This document shows positions 52,890 to 63,079 of a DNA stretch of 64,000 bases, in pieces (position 1 is the first letter of the stretch; every line of letters begins with the position of its first letter). The notes under the pieces are model-generated. The model was not told the origin of the DNA and did not search any database. It saw nothing but the letters and a program-made list of their open reading frames with translations. Source of the stretch: Candidatus Xenobia bacterium (lineage in GTDB: Bacteria; Vulcanimicrobiota; Xenobia; Xenobiales; QWHO01). The stretch spans positions 1-64,000 of the forward strand of contig BTUM01000004.1 in NCBI GenBank assembly GCA_045863235.1, given 5' to 3'. The position numbers and the translations under genes are program-made.

Positions 52890-54947
52890 TCAGGAAGCCG
52901 GGGCGACCATGGTTTCTTGGTTCTCCAGGACCAGGGCGTCGGCCACGATCTCGGCGATGTCGCGGGTATCGATCTCGCCCGCCAGATCCTTGCGTCCCAG
53001 GGCATCGCTCATCATCGTCAGACAGAACGGGCAAGCCGAGGCGATCATCTTGGGCTTCTTGGGCAGATCGAGGGCGTCTTGCAGGCGCAGGTCGTTGACC
53101 TTCACCCCGTGCTCCTCCATCCACATCCGCCCGCCGCCGGCGCCACAGCAACGACCTCTCTCGCGGGACAACTCCATCTCCTCCAGGCGCACGCCCGTGG
53201 CCGCCAGAACCTCCCGGGGCTGCTCATAGATGTCGTTGTAGCGCCCGAGATAGCAAGAGTCGTGATAGGTGGCCTCGGTAGGCTCGCCAAAGCGCACTTT
53301 GATTCTGCCTTCCTTCATCAGGTCCTGGATCAGCTGGGAGTGATGCTGCACGACGTAGTCCCCGCCAAACTGGGGATACTCGTTCTTGATGGTGTTGAAG
53401 CAGTGGGGGCAGGCCGCCACCACACGCTTGACGTTGTAGCGGTTCATGGTCTCGACGTTCTGCTGGGCCAGCACCTGGTACAGAAACTCGTTGCCGATGC
53501 GGCGGGCGGGATCGCCGCTGCAGCCCTCCTCCTTGCCCAGAATGGCGAATTTCAAGCCAGCCGCCCGCATGATCTTGACCAGGGCCATGCTGACCTTCTT
53601 GTTACGCTCATCGAACGATCCAGCGCATCCCACCCAGTAGAGCACGTCAATCTCTCCGGGCTCGTCGGCCATCTCCTTGACCTCGAGGTCCTTGGCCCAG
53701 TCGGCCCGCTGCGAAAAGCCGATCCCCCAGGGATTGGAGTTGTTCTCCATGTTCTTGAAAGCTCGCTGCACCTCTTGCGGGAAGCGGCCTTCCACCTGGA
53801 CCAGGTAGCGACGCATGTCGACGATCTCTTGCACGTACTCGATGAAGACCGGACAGGCCTGCTCACAAGCGCGGCAGGTGGTGCAGGCGAAGAGAGCCTC
53901 TTCCGACACGGCCGGTATCGAATTCTGCAGCACCCTCAGCTCCTGGGTGGGCTCCTTGCCAGCCCGCTTGTCGATGACTCCCTGCCCGTGCTCGACCAGC
54001 TCCTCGCGCAGCTGCTCGGAGATCTTCTTGGGGTGGAGAGGTTTTTCGCTGGCAAAGGCCGGGCAGACCGAGGTGCAGCGCCCGCACTCGGTGCACGAGA
54101 GCCAGTCGTGGTAATTCTTCCAGGTCATCTGGTCGAGAGTGGAGGTTCCGTATTCCTCGTTCTCCAGGTCGAGCTTGGTCAGCTCGCCGTAAGGGCGTTT
54201 CTTGTTGAAGTAGACGTTGGGGATGCCGGTGATGATGTGGAGGTGTTTGGAGTAAGGGAGGTAGGCTCCGAAGCCGAGCACCAGAGCCAGATTGATCCAC
54301 CAGGACACCTCGCGAATCGTGCTCAGGGTGGCCGGGTCTCCTCCCGCCACGCCGGCAAAGCTGGCGTAGAGATTGGAGGTAATGGGGTGGGTGCGCATCA
54401 TCAGGGTGTATTCCTCGGGCGTGAGGGAGGACATCAAGTGCACGCCCACGTCGGCCGCTCCCCAGACCAGCTCCACTACCATCAAACTCCAGATCAGCGC
54501 GAGGATGAGCAGAGCGTCGCCGGAAGGCTCGGGGAACTTGGGCCGAATCACCACCCGGCGCCAGACCGCCATGAAGACGCCGACCATGACCAGCACGATG
54601 AAGCACTCTTTGATGATGGAGTAGAAGGCGCCCAGGGGCTCGTTCACGGCCAGCAGCGGCAGATTGAACTCAGGACCGAAGAAACCTCGCAGGATCAAGG
54701 TCGAATTGGCGATGACCAGAACGCAGAAACCCCAGAAGATCAGGGCGTGGAGGATACCTCCGTAGGCCCTCTTGAGCAGGCGCTTCTGGCCGAAAGCGAA
54801 CACGAGCACATCGGCGATCCGCTCACCGGGTTTGTCAAAGCGGTTGTCAGGCTTGCCCGCCTTGATGAAGCGATACAGCTTCAGCGCCTGACGAAGAAAC
54901 AGAGTAGCGGCAACCGCCACCATCAGGGTCGATACTAAGATTCGCAT
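52890..54947 (-). CDS. Membrane Fe-S oxidoreductase, FadF/heterodisulfide-reductase-related
   Basis: TM N-terminus, CTECGRCTSVCP and CTTCRACEQACP, CCG domains (YHDSCYLGR, CCGAGGG, CPFC). Confidence 0.92.
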   Translation of the reverse strand: MRILVSTLMVAVAATLFLRQALKLYRFIKAGKPDNRFDKPGERIADVLVFAFGQKRLLKRAYGGILHALIFWGFCVLVIANSTLILRGFFGPEFNLPLLAVNEPLGAFYSIIKECFIVLVMVGVFMAVWRRVVIRPKFPEPSGDALLILALIWSLMVVELVWGAADVGVHLMSSLTPEEYTLMMRTHPITSNLYASFAGVAGGDPATLSTIREVSWWINLALVLGFGAYLPYSKHLHIITGIPNVYFNKKRPYGELTKLDLENEEYGTSTLDQMTWKNYHDWLSCTECGRCTSVCPAFASEKPLHPKKISEQLREELVEHGQGVIDKRAGKEPTQELRVLQNSIPAVSEEALFACTTCRACEQACPVFIEYVQEIVDMRRYLVQVEGRFPQEVQRAFKNMENNSNPWGIGFSQRADWAKDLEVKEMADEPGEIDVLYWVGCAGSFDERNKKVSMALVKIMRAAGLKFAILGKEEGCSGDPARRIGNEFLYQVLAQQNVETMNRYNVKRVVAACPHCFNTIKNEYPQFGGDYVVQHHSQLIQDLMKEGRIKVRFGEPTEATYHDSCYLGRYNDIYEQPREVLAATGVRLEEMELSRERGRCCGAGGGRMWMEEHGVKVNDLRLQDALDLPKKPKMIASACPFCLTMMSDALGRKDLAGEIDTRDIAEIVADALVLENQETMVAPAS

Positions 54948-55155
54948 GCTCGAGATACTCCGCCGGATGGCCCGAGAGATCGGTCAAAGTGAAGTGTTGA
55001 AGGTTTTGCAGGAATCTGCCATGGAGGCGCCCCCCGAAGGAGAGGCAAAACCCGTAACGCTCAACACATTATCGCGGGTTTGCTGTCGGGGCGCGTGAGT
55101 CCTTTTCCAACTTGGACTTGTCATCGGGCGGGTGCGGTCCCTATACTGAGGCGAT

Positions 55156-56061
55156 TTGTTGCCCGGAAAGCCCGTCTGGCGCAGCCCCAATGGCTCGCTC
55201 TACCTCGCCTCGCTCTTCTTCGCTTTGATGGGGGTCTGCATCAAGCTGCTGACAGGTTCTGACGCCTCCACACACGGGTTGGGCTGGCGCCTGGCTGGAA
55301 GCCACGACATGGATGCGGTTCCCATCGCCTTCTACCGCTCCCTGTTTCCGGCCCTGGCGCTGCTGCCCTGGCTCTGGCACGATCTCTTCAAGAGCGAGAC
55401 CCGACGCCATCTCCCCGTGCTCATCCTGCGAGGGCTGGCGGGCGGGGGAGCCATGGTGGCCTACTTTGTGGCGATCGACCGCACCGAGCTCTCGACCGCG
55501 GTGCTGCTCAACTACACCTCCCCGGTCTGGGCCGCCCTGCTGGCCGGCTACTTCCTCAAGGAGAGCGTGCCGCGCAACATCTACCTGGCCTTTCCGGTGG
55601 CCTTTAGCGGGGTTTACTTCCTGACCGGAGGGGCCGGGGACGCGCCCGAGCCAGGCCGCATGGTGGGTTACCTGGCGGGCCTGGGCTCGGCTGTGCTGGC
55701 CGGTATCGCCTATACCTCGGTCCGCCAGCTCAGCTCCCACGTCTCGGCCCTCATGGTCGTCTTCTGGTTCTCGCTCGTGAGCTGCGTGATGTTGCTGCCC
55801 TGGCTACCTGCCCACCCTCTTCCCTCCCCCGGCGAATGGGTGCTGTTGCTGCTGGCCGGGATCTTCGCGGGTGTAGCTCAGTGGACCATGACCATCGGCT
55901 ATCAGCTCAACAAGGCCGCCCGGGCCAGCACCATGAACATCGCCACGGTGGCCATCACGTCTTTGCTGGCCATCACCCTGCTCGGTGAGCGTTTCACCCC
56001 TCGCGACGGGGTGGGGATGCTTTTGATCCTGCTCGGCCTGGTGATCGCCTCGCGGCGCTAA
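55156..56061 (+). CDS. DMT/EamA-family transporter
   Basis: About ten TM helices, LNYTSPVW...LKE, LLGE. Confidence 0.88.
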   Translation: MLPGKPVWRSPNGSLYLASLFFALMGVCIKLLTGSDASTHGLGWRLAGSHDMDAVPIAFYRSLFPALALLPWLWHDLFKSETRRHLPVLILRGLAGGGAMVAYFVAIDRTELSTAVLLNYTSPVWAALLAGYFLKESVPRNIYLAFPVAFSGVYFLTGGAGDAPEPGRMVGYLAGLGSAVLAGIAYTSVRQLSSHVSALMVVFWFSLVSCVMLLPWLPAHPLPSPGEWVLLLLAGIFAGVAQWTMTIGYQLNKAARASTMNIATVAITSLLAITLLGERFTPRDGVGMLLILLGLVIASRR

Positions 56062-56254
56062 CCCACTCGGGACGCTCTTGGGTCAAGGGACCGACCTGCC
56101 TGGCGGCCTCGAAGGGGTGCCCAAAGCAGACGTAGACGACCACCACACCCATTGCCAGAAAACGGAGCCCTGAGGGAAGAAGCCCCGGTTTGCAGAGCTC
56201 GAGCGAGCCCCCTAAAACGGAAGCATAGCATAACGCCCGCCAGATCGTGCTCAT
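55994..56254 (-). CDS. Possible small membrane protein
   Basis: 86 aa with hydrophobic segments; overlaps the 3' end of the DMT gene. Confidence 0.3.
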   Translation of the reverse strand: MSTIWRALCYASVLGGSLELCKPGLLPSGLRFLAMGVVVVYVCFGHPFEAARQVGPLTQERPEWVSAARRSPGRAGSKASPPRREG

Positions 56255-56324
56255 CTTGTGAGCAGGATAGCTGACGGGCAGTCAAGCCAGCGGCAAGGCC
56301 CCTGCAGCAGGGGTCAAGGAGCCG

Positions 56325-57581
56325 TCAAGCCGCAGCCGAAGCAGCCTCCGACTGAGGAGCCGCCTGCTTGGCAGCCTCGGGCTGAGGAGCAGCTGACTGC
56401 TTGGCAGCCGCCTCTTCGGCCTGCTTCTTCATCTCCAGGGCTTTGCGCACGGCCGCGCCCGGATCGACCAGGCCCTTGCCCTGCAGGATCGGCATCATGT
56501 CGGGGCGCGGCTCGGCCGTGTCCTTGAGCACCTGGATGACCTCGCGGGCGCTCAGGTTGGGGTTGGCTTGCACCACCAGGGCGGCCACGCCGGCAGTCAC
56601 CGGGGTAGCCATCGAGGTGCCCGAAAGCAGCACGTAGTAGTCGCCCAGCTTGGCCACGTTGGCGTGGTCGATCTCCGAGCCCGGCGAGCGGTGGGAAACC
56701 ATGTTCACGCCCGGGGCGGCGATGTCGGGCTTGATGTTCTTGTCGCGAGTGGTCGGGCCGCGGCTCGAGAAGAAGGCCATGGTGTCGTCGTCATGCGTGG
56801 CCGTGTTCTTGTCGTCGTAGGCGCCCACCGTGAGCACCTCGGCGCCGACGGCCGGGGTGCCGATGGTCTCGCGGGCCGGCCCGGAGTTGCCAGCGGCCAC
56901 CACGGGCACGATGCCGGCGTCCAGGGCGGCCTTCACGGCCAGCACCACCACGTCGTCTTTCTCCTTGAGGTTGGAGCCAGCGCCCAGGCTCAAGCTGATG
57001 ACCTTGATGTTGTAGCGGTCCTTGTTCTCGATGGCCCACTGCACGCCCTTAATGACGTTGGCCAGCGAGCCCCCACCCTGTCCATCGAGCACCTTGACGC
57101 CGATGATGTTGGCCTCGAAAGCCGGGCCCTTGAACTTGCCGTTGGCCTTGGTGCCGTCGCCAGCTACCAGGCCGGCGCAGTGGCTGCCGTGCCCATTGTC
57201 GTCATAGGCATTCTCGACGCCGTCCCGTCCATTGCAGTAGTCTTTGAAGGCCACCAGGCGGTCGCCCAGGTCGGGGTGGGGATACACGCCCGTGTCCACC
57301 ACGGCCACCCCGATCCCCTTGCCGGTGAAGCCCAGGTCCCAGGCGTCCTGCACCGTGAGCACTTCCTTGACCGCGTCGATGCGGTCAACCGGGCGCGGCA
57401 GCTTGCTCGCGAGCGGCGTCAACTCCATCGGGGTGACGTAGCTGACGGTGCTCTGGGTGACGATCTCCGGGGCCGAGCGCGTGAACGACTCCTGCGGCTG
57501 CTCTTCGGCGCGAGCCGAGTCGGCGCGCTTGGGAGCCGTGAATGCGACTCGAGAGATGTCGTTGATCGATGTGCAAGTCAT
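56325..57581 (-). CDS. S8 subtilisin-like serine peptidase (AprX-like), no signal peptide
   Basis: VVDTG, HGSHCAG, AAGNSG, SGTSMATP; AGGAGG RBS before MTCTS. Confidence 0.92.
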   Translation of the reverse strand: MTCTSINDISRVAFTAPKRADSARAEEQPQESFTRSAPEIVTQSTVSYVTPMELTPLASKLPRPVDRIDAVKEVLTVQDAWDLGFTGKGIGVAVVDTGVYPHPDLGDRLVAFKDYCNGRDGVENAYDDNGHGSHCAGLVAGDGTKANGKFKGPAFEANIIGVKVLDGQGGGSLANVIKGVQWAIENKDRYNIKVISLSLGAGSNLKEKDDVVVLAVKAALDAGIVPVVAAGNSGPARETIGTPAVGAEVLTVGAYDDKNTATHDDDTMAFFSSRGPTTRDKNIKPDIAAPGVNMVSHRSPGSEIDHANVAKLGDYYVLLSGTSMATPVTAGVAALVVQANPNLSAREVIQVLKDTAEPRPDMMPILQGKGLVDPGAAVRKALEMKKQAEEAAAKQSAAPQPEAAKQAAPQSEAASAAA

Positions 57582-57688
57582 AGCCGGATAAACCTCCTGA
57601 GGGTGGGTGGACCTCTGCGCAGAGAATCTAGCACGGGAGGGTGGTCTGGTTGGGTAACAGGTTGTTACCAAAATGCCAGAGAGTTCGC

Positions 57689-57717
57689 TTGACGCCCGGG
57701 AGGCCCCCATGCATAAT
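57689..57717 (+). promoter_or_regulatory. Sigma70 promoter of glgB
   Basis: TTGACG-N17-CATAAT; upstream palindrome GGTAACA-GGT-TGTTACC at 57653-57669. Confidence 0.65.
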
Positions 57718-57752
57718 GCAGGCAACTCTGATAGTGTAAGGGGGACAAGGTA

Positions 57753-59705
57753 ATGACCTTGCTCTTGGAGAAGCCCATCGTGATGGGTGAGTTGGACAAG
57801 CACCTGTGGTGCCAGGGAAATCACTTCCGCGCCTACAACAACCTGGGCGCCCACTTCATTGCCCCCTCCACCGTGCGCTTCGCCGTCTGGGCCCCCAACG
57901 CCCACTACGTTTCCGTGGTAGGCGACTTCAATGGCTGGAACCCGGGAGCCCACCCCCTCTCTTTGGACCGGGACACCGGGATCTGGAGCGGACTGGCCGA
58001 GGGACTGAGCCAGGGGCAGGCCTACAAATACTGGGTGCAGGCCACCAACCGCCGCCACTCCGAGCGTTGCGACCCCTTCGGATTCTGGGCCGAGAACCGG
58101 CCCAGCACCGCCTCACGCCTGTGGGACCTCAAGGGCTACTCGTGGAGCGACCAGGAGTGGATGACAAATCGGGCGGCCACGCCCATCCTGGAGCAGCCCC
58201 TGAACCTGTATGAGGTCCACCTGGGCTCATGGATGAAGGACATCTTCGCCAACCGCTGGCTGACCTACCGCGAGATCGCCCCGAAACTGGCCGAGTATTG
58301 CCGCTCGATGGGCTACACCCACGTCGAGCTCCTGCCCATCACCGAGCACCCTTATGACGGCTCCTGGGGCTACCAGTGCACCGGATACTTCGCCCCCACC
58401 GCGCGCTTTGGCAATCCGGACGACTTCCGCTTCCTGGTGGACACGCTCCACCAGGCCGGCATCGGCGTAGTGCTCGACTGGGTGCCGGCTCACTTCCCCC
58501 GCGACGGCCACGCCCTGGCTTACTTCGACGGCACCCACCTCTACGAGCACTCCGACCCCCGCCAGGGCGCCCATCCCGACTGGGGCACGCTGATCTTCAA
58601 CTACGGACGCCACGAGGTGCGCAACTTCCTGATCTCAAGCGCCCTGTTCTGGCTCGACCAGTACCATATCGACGGGCTGCGCGTGGACGCGGTGGCCTCC
58701 ATGCTCTACCTCGACTACGGACGCGCCCACGGCGAGTGGGTCCCCAACCAGTGGGGCGGCCGCGAGAACCTGGAGGCGGTGGAGTTCCTCAAGCGCTTCA
58801 ACCAGGCCGTGGCCGAGCACCAGCCCGGCACCTTCACCCTGGCCGAGGAGTCCACGTCCTGGCCGGCGGTGACCCACCCGGTCGATCAGGGCGGACTCGG
58901 CTTCACCTTCAAGTGGAACATGGGCTGGATGCACGACAACCTGGAGTACATCCAGAAAGACCCCATCCACCGCAAGTACCACCACCGCAACCTGACCTTC
59001 GGCATGATGTATCACTACTCGGAGAAGTTCATTCTGCCGTTCTCGCACGACGAGGTCGTGCACTTGAAGAAGGCCATGCTGGCCAAGATGCCCGGCGACC
59101 TCTGGCAGCAGTTCGCCAACCTGCGCTTGCTCTACGGCTACAAGGCCGGCTTCCCGGGCAAGAAACTCGACTTCATGGGCGGCGAGTTCGGGCAGTGGAA
59201 CGAGTGGAACCACGAGCGCGAGCTCGACTGGCACCTCCTGCGCTTCGACGAGCATCGCCAGCTGCGCGACTGGTCGGCGGCCCTCAACCGGCTGGTGCGC
59301 GACGAGCCCGCGCTCCACCAGGCCGACTACCATTGCGAAGGATTCGAGTGGGTCTCCTGCGACGAGTGGGAGCAGAGCATCGTCTCCTTCCTGCGCTATC
59401 CCAAAGACCAGCAAGAGGCACTGCTGTTCGTGGCCAACTTTACGCCGGTGGCCTACACGGCCCACCCCGTGGGCCTGCCCTGGGGCGGCGAGTGGATCCC
59501 CGTGCTCAGCTCGGACTGGGAAGAGTTCGGAGGCAGCGGCCTGGGTCATCGCCAGCCGGTGACCGTGGAGCAGACCCCCTGGAACGGGCGCCACTGGTCG
59601 ACCCGGCTGGTGGTTCCGCCCCTGGGAGTGGTCATTCTGCGCTCCCAGCGTCCGTTGCTGGAGGTTAACAAAAAGGTCGAGGACCCCCAGCCCGTTCAAG
59701 CTTAA
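57753..59705 (+). CDS. glgB: 1,4-alpha-glucan branching enzyme
   Basis: [41 protein letters not shown]. Confidence 0.97.
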   Translation: MTLLLEKPIVMGELDKHLWCQGNHFRAYNNLGAHFIAPSTVRFAVWAPNAHYVSVVGDFNGWNPGAHPLSLDRDTGIWSGLAEGLSQGQAYKYWVQATNRRHSERCDPFGFWAENRPSTASRLWDLKGYSWSDQEWMTNRAATPILEQPLNLYEVHLGSWMKDIFANRWLTYREIAPKLAEYCRSMGYTHVELLPITEHPYDGSWGYQCTGYFAPTARFGNPDDFRFLVDTLHQAGIGVVLDWVPAHFPRDGHALAYFDGTHLYEHSDPRQGAHPDWGTLIFNYGRHEVRNFLISSALFWLDQYHIDGLRVDAVASMLYLDYGRAHGEWVPNQWGGRENLEAVEFLKRFNQAVAEHQPGTFTLAEESTSWPAVTHPVDQGGLGFTFKWNMGWMHDNLEYIQKDPIHRKYHHRNLTFGMMYHYSEKFILPFSHDEVVHLKKAMLAKMPGDLWQQFANLRLLYGYKAGFPGKKLDFMGGEFGQWNEWNHERELDWHLLRFDEHRQLRDWSAALNRLVRDEPALHQADYHCEGFEWVSCDEWEQSIVSFLRYPKDQQEALLFVANFTPVAYTAHPVGLPWGGEWIPVLSSDWEEFGGSGLGHRQPVTVEQTPWNGRHWSTRLVVPPLGVVILRSQRPLLEVNKKVEDPQPVQA

Positions 59706-59715
59706 ACTCCGGCCT

Positions 59716-60900
59716 GTGAACGTGATCGTGCGCGCCGCCGATCCGCGCCGTGAGGCCGGACTGGCTAACGAGCTGAAGCGAGCGGGGGCCACCGCTCTGG
59801 TGGAGCTGCCCCTGGTGGACGGCTATGCCGCCCGGGTGGACGATGCGCAGCTCGACGAGCTGCGCAGGAGTGGCCTCAAGGTCGTGCCCGATCAGGCCTT
59901 CCACCTCGAAGAGCTCCCCCGGCCCGAGCAGCCCGGCCTGGAGATGGACTCGGCCGCACGCACCCTCGGTCTGCAGCAGCTCTGGGATCAAGGGCTCACC
60001 GGCAAAGGCGTGGCCATCGCTGTCATCGACACGGGGGTGGCTCCCCATCCCGACTTCTCAGGCCGCATCAGCGCTTTTGTGGACCTGGTGAACAACCGCA
60101 AGGACCCTTACGACGACCGCGGTCACGGCACCCACGTGGCTGGCATCGCGGTGGGCAGCGGCAAGGCCTCCCAGGGCAAATACTCGGGCGCGGCTCCGGA
60201 AGCGAACCTGGTGGCCCTCAAGGTGTTCGACCACGAGGGCAACACGAACTCCTCGCTGATCATCAAGGCTATCCAGTTTGCCGTCGAGAACAAAGAGCGC
60301 CTGGGCATCCGGGTGCTCAACATCTCGATTGGCGCCCCGCCCCAGATGAGCGCCCTGGACGATCCGGTGGTGCAGGCGGTGGAAGCCGCCACCCGTTCCG
60401 GCCTCCTCGTGGTTTGCGCGTCCGGCAATCGGGGACCCTGGCCGGACACCATCGACACCCCGGGCATCGCCCCCTCGGCCCTGACGGTGGGAGCCACCAA
60501 CGACATGAACACTCCCGACCTGAAGGACGACAAGGTCTCCCGCTTCAGCGGCTCGGGGCCCACCCCGATCGACAAGATCATGAAGCCCGATCTGGTGGCT
60601 CCCGGCGAGAACATCGTCTCCACCGGGCTCAAGGGCGACTACGTGGAGCAGTCGGGCACCTCGATGGCCACCCCGCTGGTCTCGGGCATCGCCGCCCTGC
60701 TCTATCAGGCCCACCCCCAGGTGCAGCCCAAGCAGATGAAATCGACCCTCAAGGGCACCGCCCAGAGGATCCGCAGCTACATCGAAGAGGTGCAGGGCAA
60801 GGGCGTGATCCAGCCGCTCAAGGCGAAGGCCGCCCTGGCCGGTACGCCCACCAGGGTGGCCGCAGACGTGCTCGCAACTCGGGTGGAGCCCCCACGGTAA
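59716..60900 (+). CDS. S8 subtilisin-like serine peptidase (AprX-like)
   Basis: VIDTG, HGTHVAG, SGTSMATP; short prodomain. Confidence 0.92.
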   Translation: MNVIVRAADPRREAGLANELKRAGATALVELPLVDGYAARVDDAQLDELRRSGLKVVPDQAFHLEELPRPEQPGLEMDSAARTLGLQQLWDQGLTGKGVAIAVIDTGVAPHPDFSGRISAFVDLVNNRKDPYDDRGHGTHVAGIAVGSGKASQGKYSGAAPEANLVALKVFDHEGNTNSSLIIKAIQFAVENKERLGIRVLNISIGAPPQMSALDDPVVQAVEAATRSGLLVVCASGNRGPWPDTIDTPGIAPSALTVGATNDMNTPDLKDDKVSRFSGSGPTPIDKIMKPDLVAPGENIVSTGLKGDYVEQSGTSMATPLVSGIAALLYQAHPQVQPKQMKSTLKGTAQRIRSYIEEVQGKGVIQPLKAKAALAGTPTRVAADVLATRVEPPR

Positions 60901-61121
60901 GCCTGCGGCTCGAGCCTCGTTTGTGCTGACGCGACCAATTCTACGATCTCGACCAGGACGGTCGCTCCCGTCCCGAGGAGGTCAGAACGCTGGCCGAGCT
61001 GGGAGTGGTGGAGTTGAGCTGTCGCGGCCGCCAAGGCCGCTCTGACGAGGGGGTTCGCTTTGCCGACGGCCGAGTTCGGCCGACCTATGACTGGGTGGGC
61101 GAGGACCCTGACCGGCGCAGG

Positions 61122-61726
61122 CTAGATCGGCCGCCAGCTCGCGCTGGCGTGCCTGACGCATCGCCTCGTCGGGAACTTGATCGCCTCGAAGTCGCTCCAG
61201 GCTGCAGCCACCACGCACTCCAGGCCCTCGGCGGTCAAGAGGCCCATCCGATTCAGTTGGATGGCCGCTCCCACGCAGGTATCGAAGAAAAGCAGTCCTT
61301 GCCGCTGGCATCGCTCGAGCCGCTCGGGGTCGAGCGGCCTGACCCGGTGGATCAACCCCGCCCGCACGTGCTCGGGAAAGCGCTCCAGGGCCTGGCCGAT
61401 GAACTCCGGGTCGGCCTGCCCGCGGTCTCCGAACATCACGATCGGCATCTCCGGGTAGAGTTTGCGGTTCCTGGCGGTAGGGGGAGTTCGGCTCCCCGTC
61501 AGGGCCCTGGAGCTCCAGTCGAGTTGACCGACTGCAGCTGCTCACGAATGGCGAAGGAGCCTGGCATGAAGCTCAAGCGCATGTTCCGCCGTCGGCTGGG
61601 CGCGCTGGGGGCGTGCGCCAGGCTGCCGGTCAGCATGCTCGCCTCCGGCGCACGCAGGCAACGGGCCACTTTCTCACGGAGCTGCGGTAGCGCTCGAAGT
61701 TGCGCCACTTGCGCCGCCGGACCCAA
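61122..61726 (-). pseudogene. Fragmented App1/DUF2183-like phosphatase
   Basis: RKLYPEMPIVMFGDRGQADPE...FPEHVRAGLIHRV resembles the DUF2183 C-terminal GDxGQxD motif; the upstream part is not contiguous. Confidence 0.45.
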
Positions 61727-61870
61727 TCTCAGCGTCAGATTCCTTCAACAAGGGCTCTCCAGGGAGGCCAGCGGGCCGCGCTCCCGCCAGCAACCCCACT
61801 CAAACCGATCGGCCCAAGAATCTTCTGACCCGAAGACAGGGGGATCGATTTCCTAACGCCTCTTCGCGGG

Positions 61871-62251
61871 CTACGCGGCTGGCGGCTGCTGCTCGAGCGC
61901 CTCGAGCCGGCGGATCACGGCGGCCAGCTCGTCCTTCGTGGCCACCTGCCGGCGGAGCTCGAGGACCATCTGCTCGAGCGCGCCGAACAGCTTTGCCCAG
62001 CGGTCCTCGGTGTTCTTCAGGCGCGCCTCGGACTTCGACTGCTCGTCAGCTACGCCGTCGACCTTTTCCGAGATTGTCTGCATCTGCTTGCCCATCTGCA
62101 GCATCTGATCGCCGAGCAGGCGCATCATTCCGCCCACTTCCCGAGTCTTGTCCCGCTGCACGACGAGGCCGGCCAGCAGGTCCTGATGGTCGCTGGTCTG
62201 CTGCTGCTTCAGCTCTTGAATCTCTTGTTGCAACTGATTGAACTTGTCCAC
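61871..62251 (-). CDS. Coiled-coil hypothetical protein
   Basis: GTG start 9 nt after AAGGAGC; heptad-rich, ends RRLEALE. Confidence 0.65.
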   Translation of the reverse strand: MDKFNQLQQEIQELKQQQTSDHQDLLAGLVVQRDKTREVGGMMRLLGDQMLQMGKQMQTISEKVDGVADEQSKSEARLKNTEDRWAKLFGALEQMVLELRRQVATKDELAAVIRRLEALEQQPPAA

Positions 62252-62489
62252 ACTGCTGGCGCTCCTTGAACATTTGCTCCAGGACCGACCGCACCCAGGC
62301 AACTCCGCCCTGCTCATGCAACCCAGGCAAAAACCTCTGGTTCTGCGCGAACCATGAGTTGCGGCGCGCCGTAACGGTTAGGCTTTGTTGACGCGTACTT
62401 GCGAGGGCGTCCCCCGCCGCGCTTTGGGAGAGTTACACGGTCGGTCACTCCCTCAGCATATACCTGAAGTCAGAAATTCGGCCTTGCAC

Positions 62490-62585
62490 TTTAATATCCT
62501 CGAGGCGCGATTCATCCTCAGCGACTACCGGCGCAGATACAACGACGAGCGACCCCACAGCTCGCTTGGGTATTTGAAACCAACG
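62490..62585 (+). mobile_element. IS3-family transposase C-terminal remnant
   Basis: EARFILSDYRRRYNDERPHSSLGYLKP, the integrase-core C-terminal signature. Confidence 0.7.
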
Positions 62586-62735
62586 GAGGCCATCACGGAC
62601 GCGAGCGGGGCTGTCGTGGCCCGCTACGAGTTCGACGCGTGGGGGGCCCAGCTCGGCTCCAGCTCGCCTTCTCGGGAGGGTTCAGCAACGGCTACGTGGG
62701 CGGTACGCACGGACGCGACCACCAGGCTCCTACGC
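62586..62735 (+). pseudogene. Rhs core remnant
   Basis: AITDASGAVVARYEFDAWG, then GFSNGYVGG and VRTDATT in different frames. Confidence 0.6.
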
Positions 62736-63079
62736 TCAACGGACCCTGGCCGGAGGCTTAAGGCCATGGAGCACTCCTGACCCGGTCACCATGAAGCCAG
62801 GTCGCCGGGCAGGCCGTCGCGCCCGGCCATCGCTTCGGCCAGGTGGCGCTGGAAGGTCTTGCCCGAAGTCTCAGACAGTGTCACGCTGTCTGCCATCGGC
62901 TCGAGGTCGCCCGGTTGGCCGTCTCGTCCGGCCAGGGCCAGAGCCAGTTGGTAGGTGAAGCGGTCGCGCCCGCCGGGCTGTCCGAATAACGAATTTCCGT
63001 TCACCAAAATGCACCCGCCAGATCCCAAAATCTTGTTCTATCTCTCTCTAAGCAGAACATAGGCAACAAGCCTGAAAGA

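Noticed and set aside
62786..63028. 80-aa ORF with two AGRDGxPGDL repeats
   Set aside because: Repeats are visible but the ORF has a weak start and lies in a decayed region; possibly a gene fragment, not supportable as a gene.
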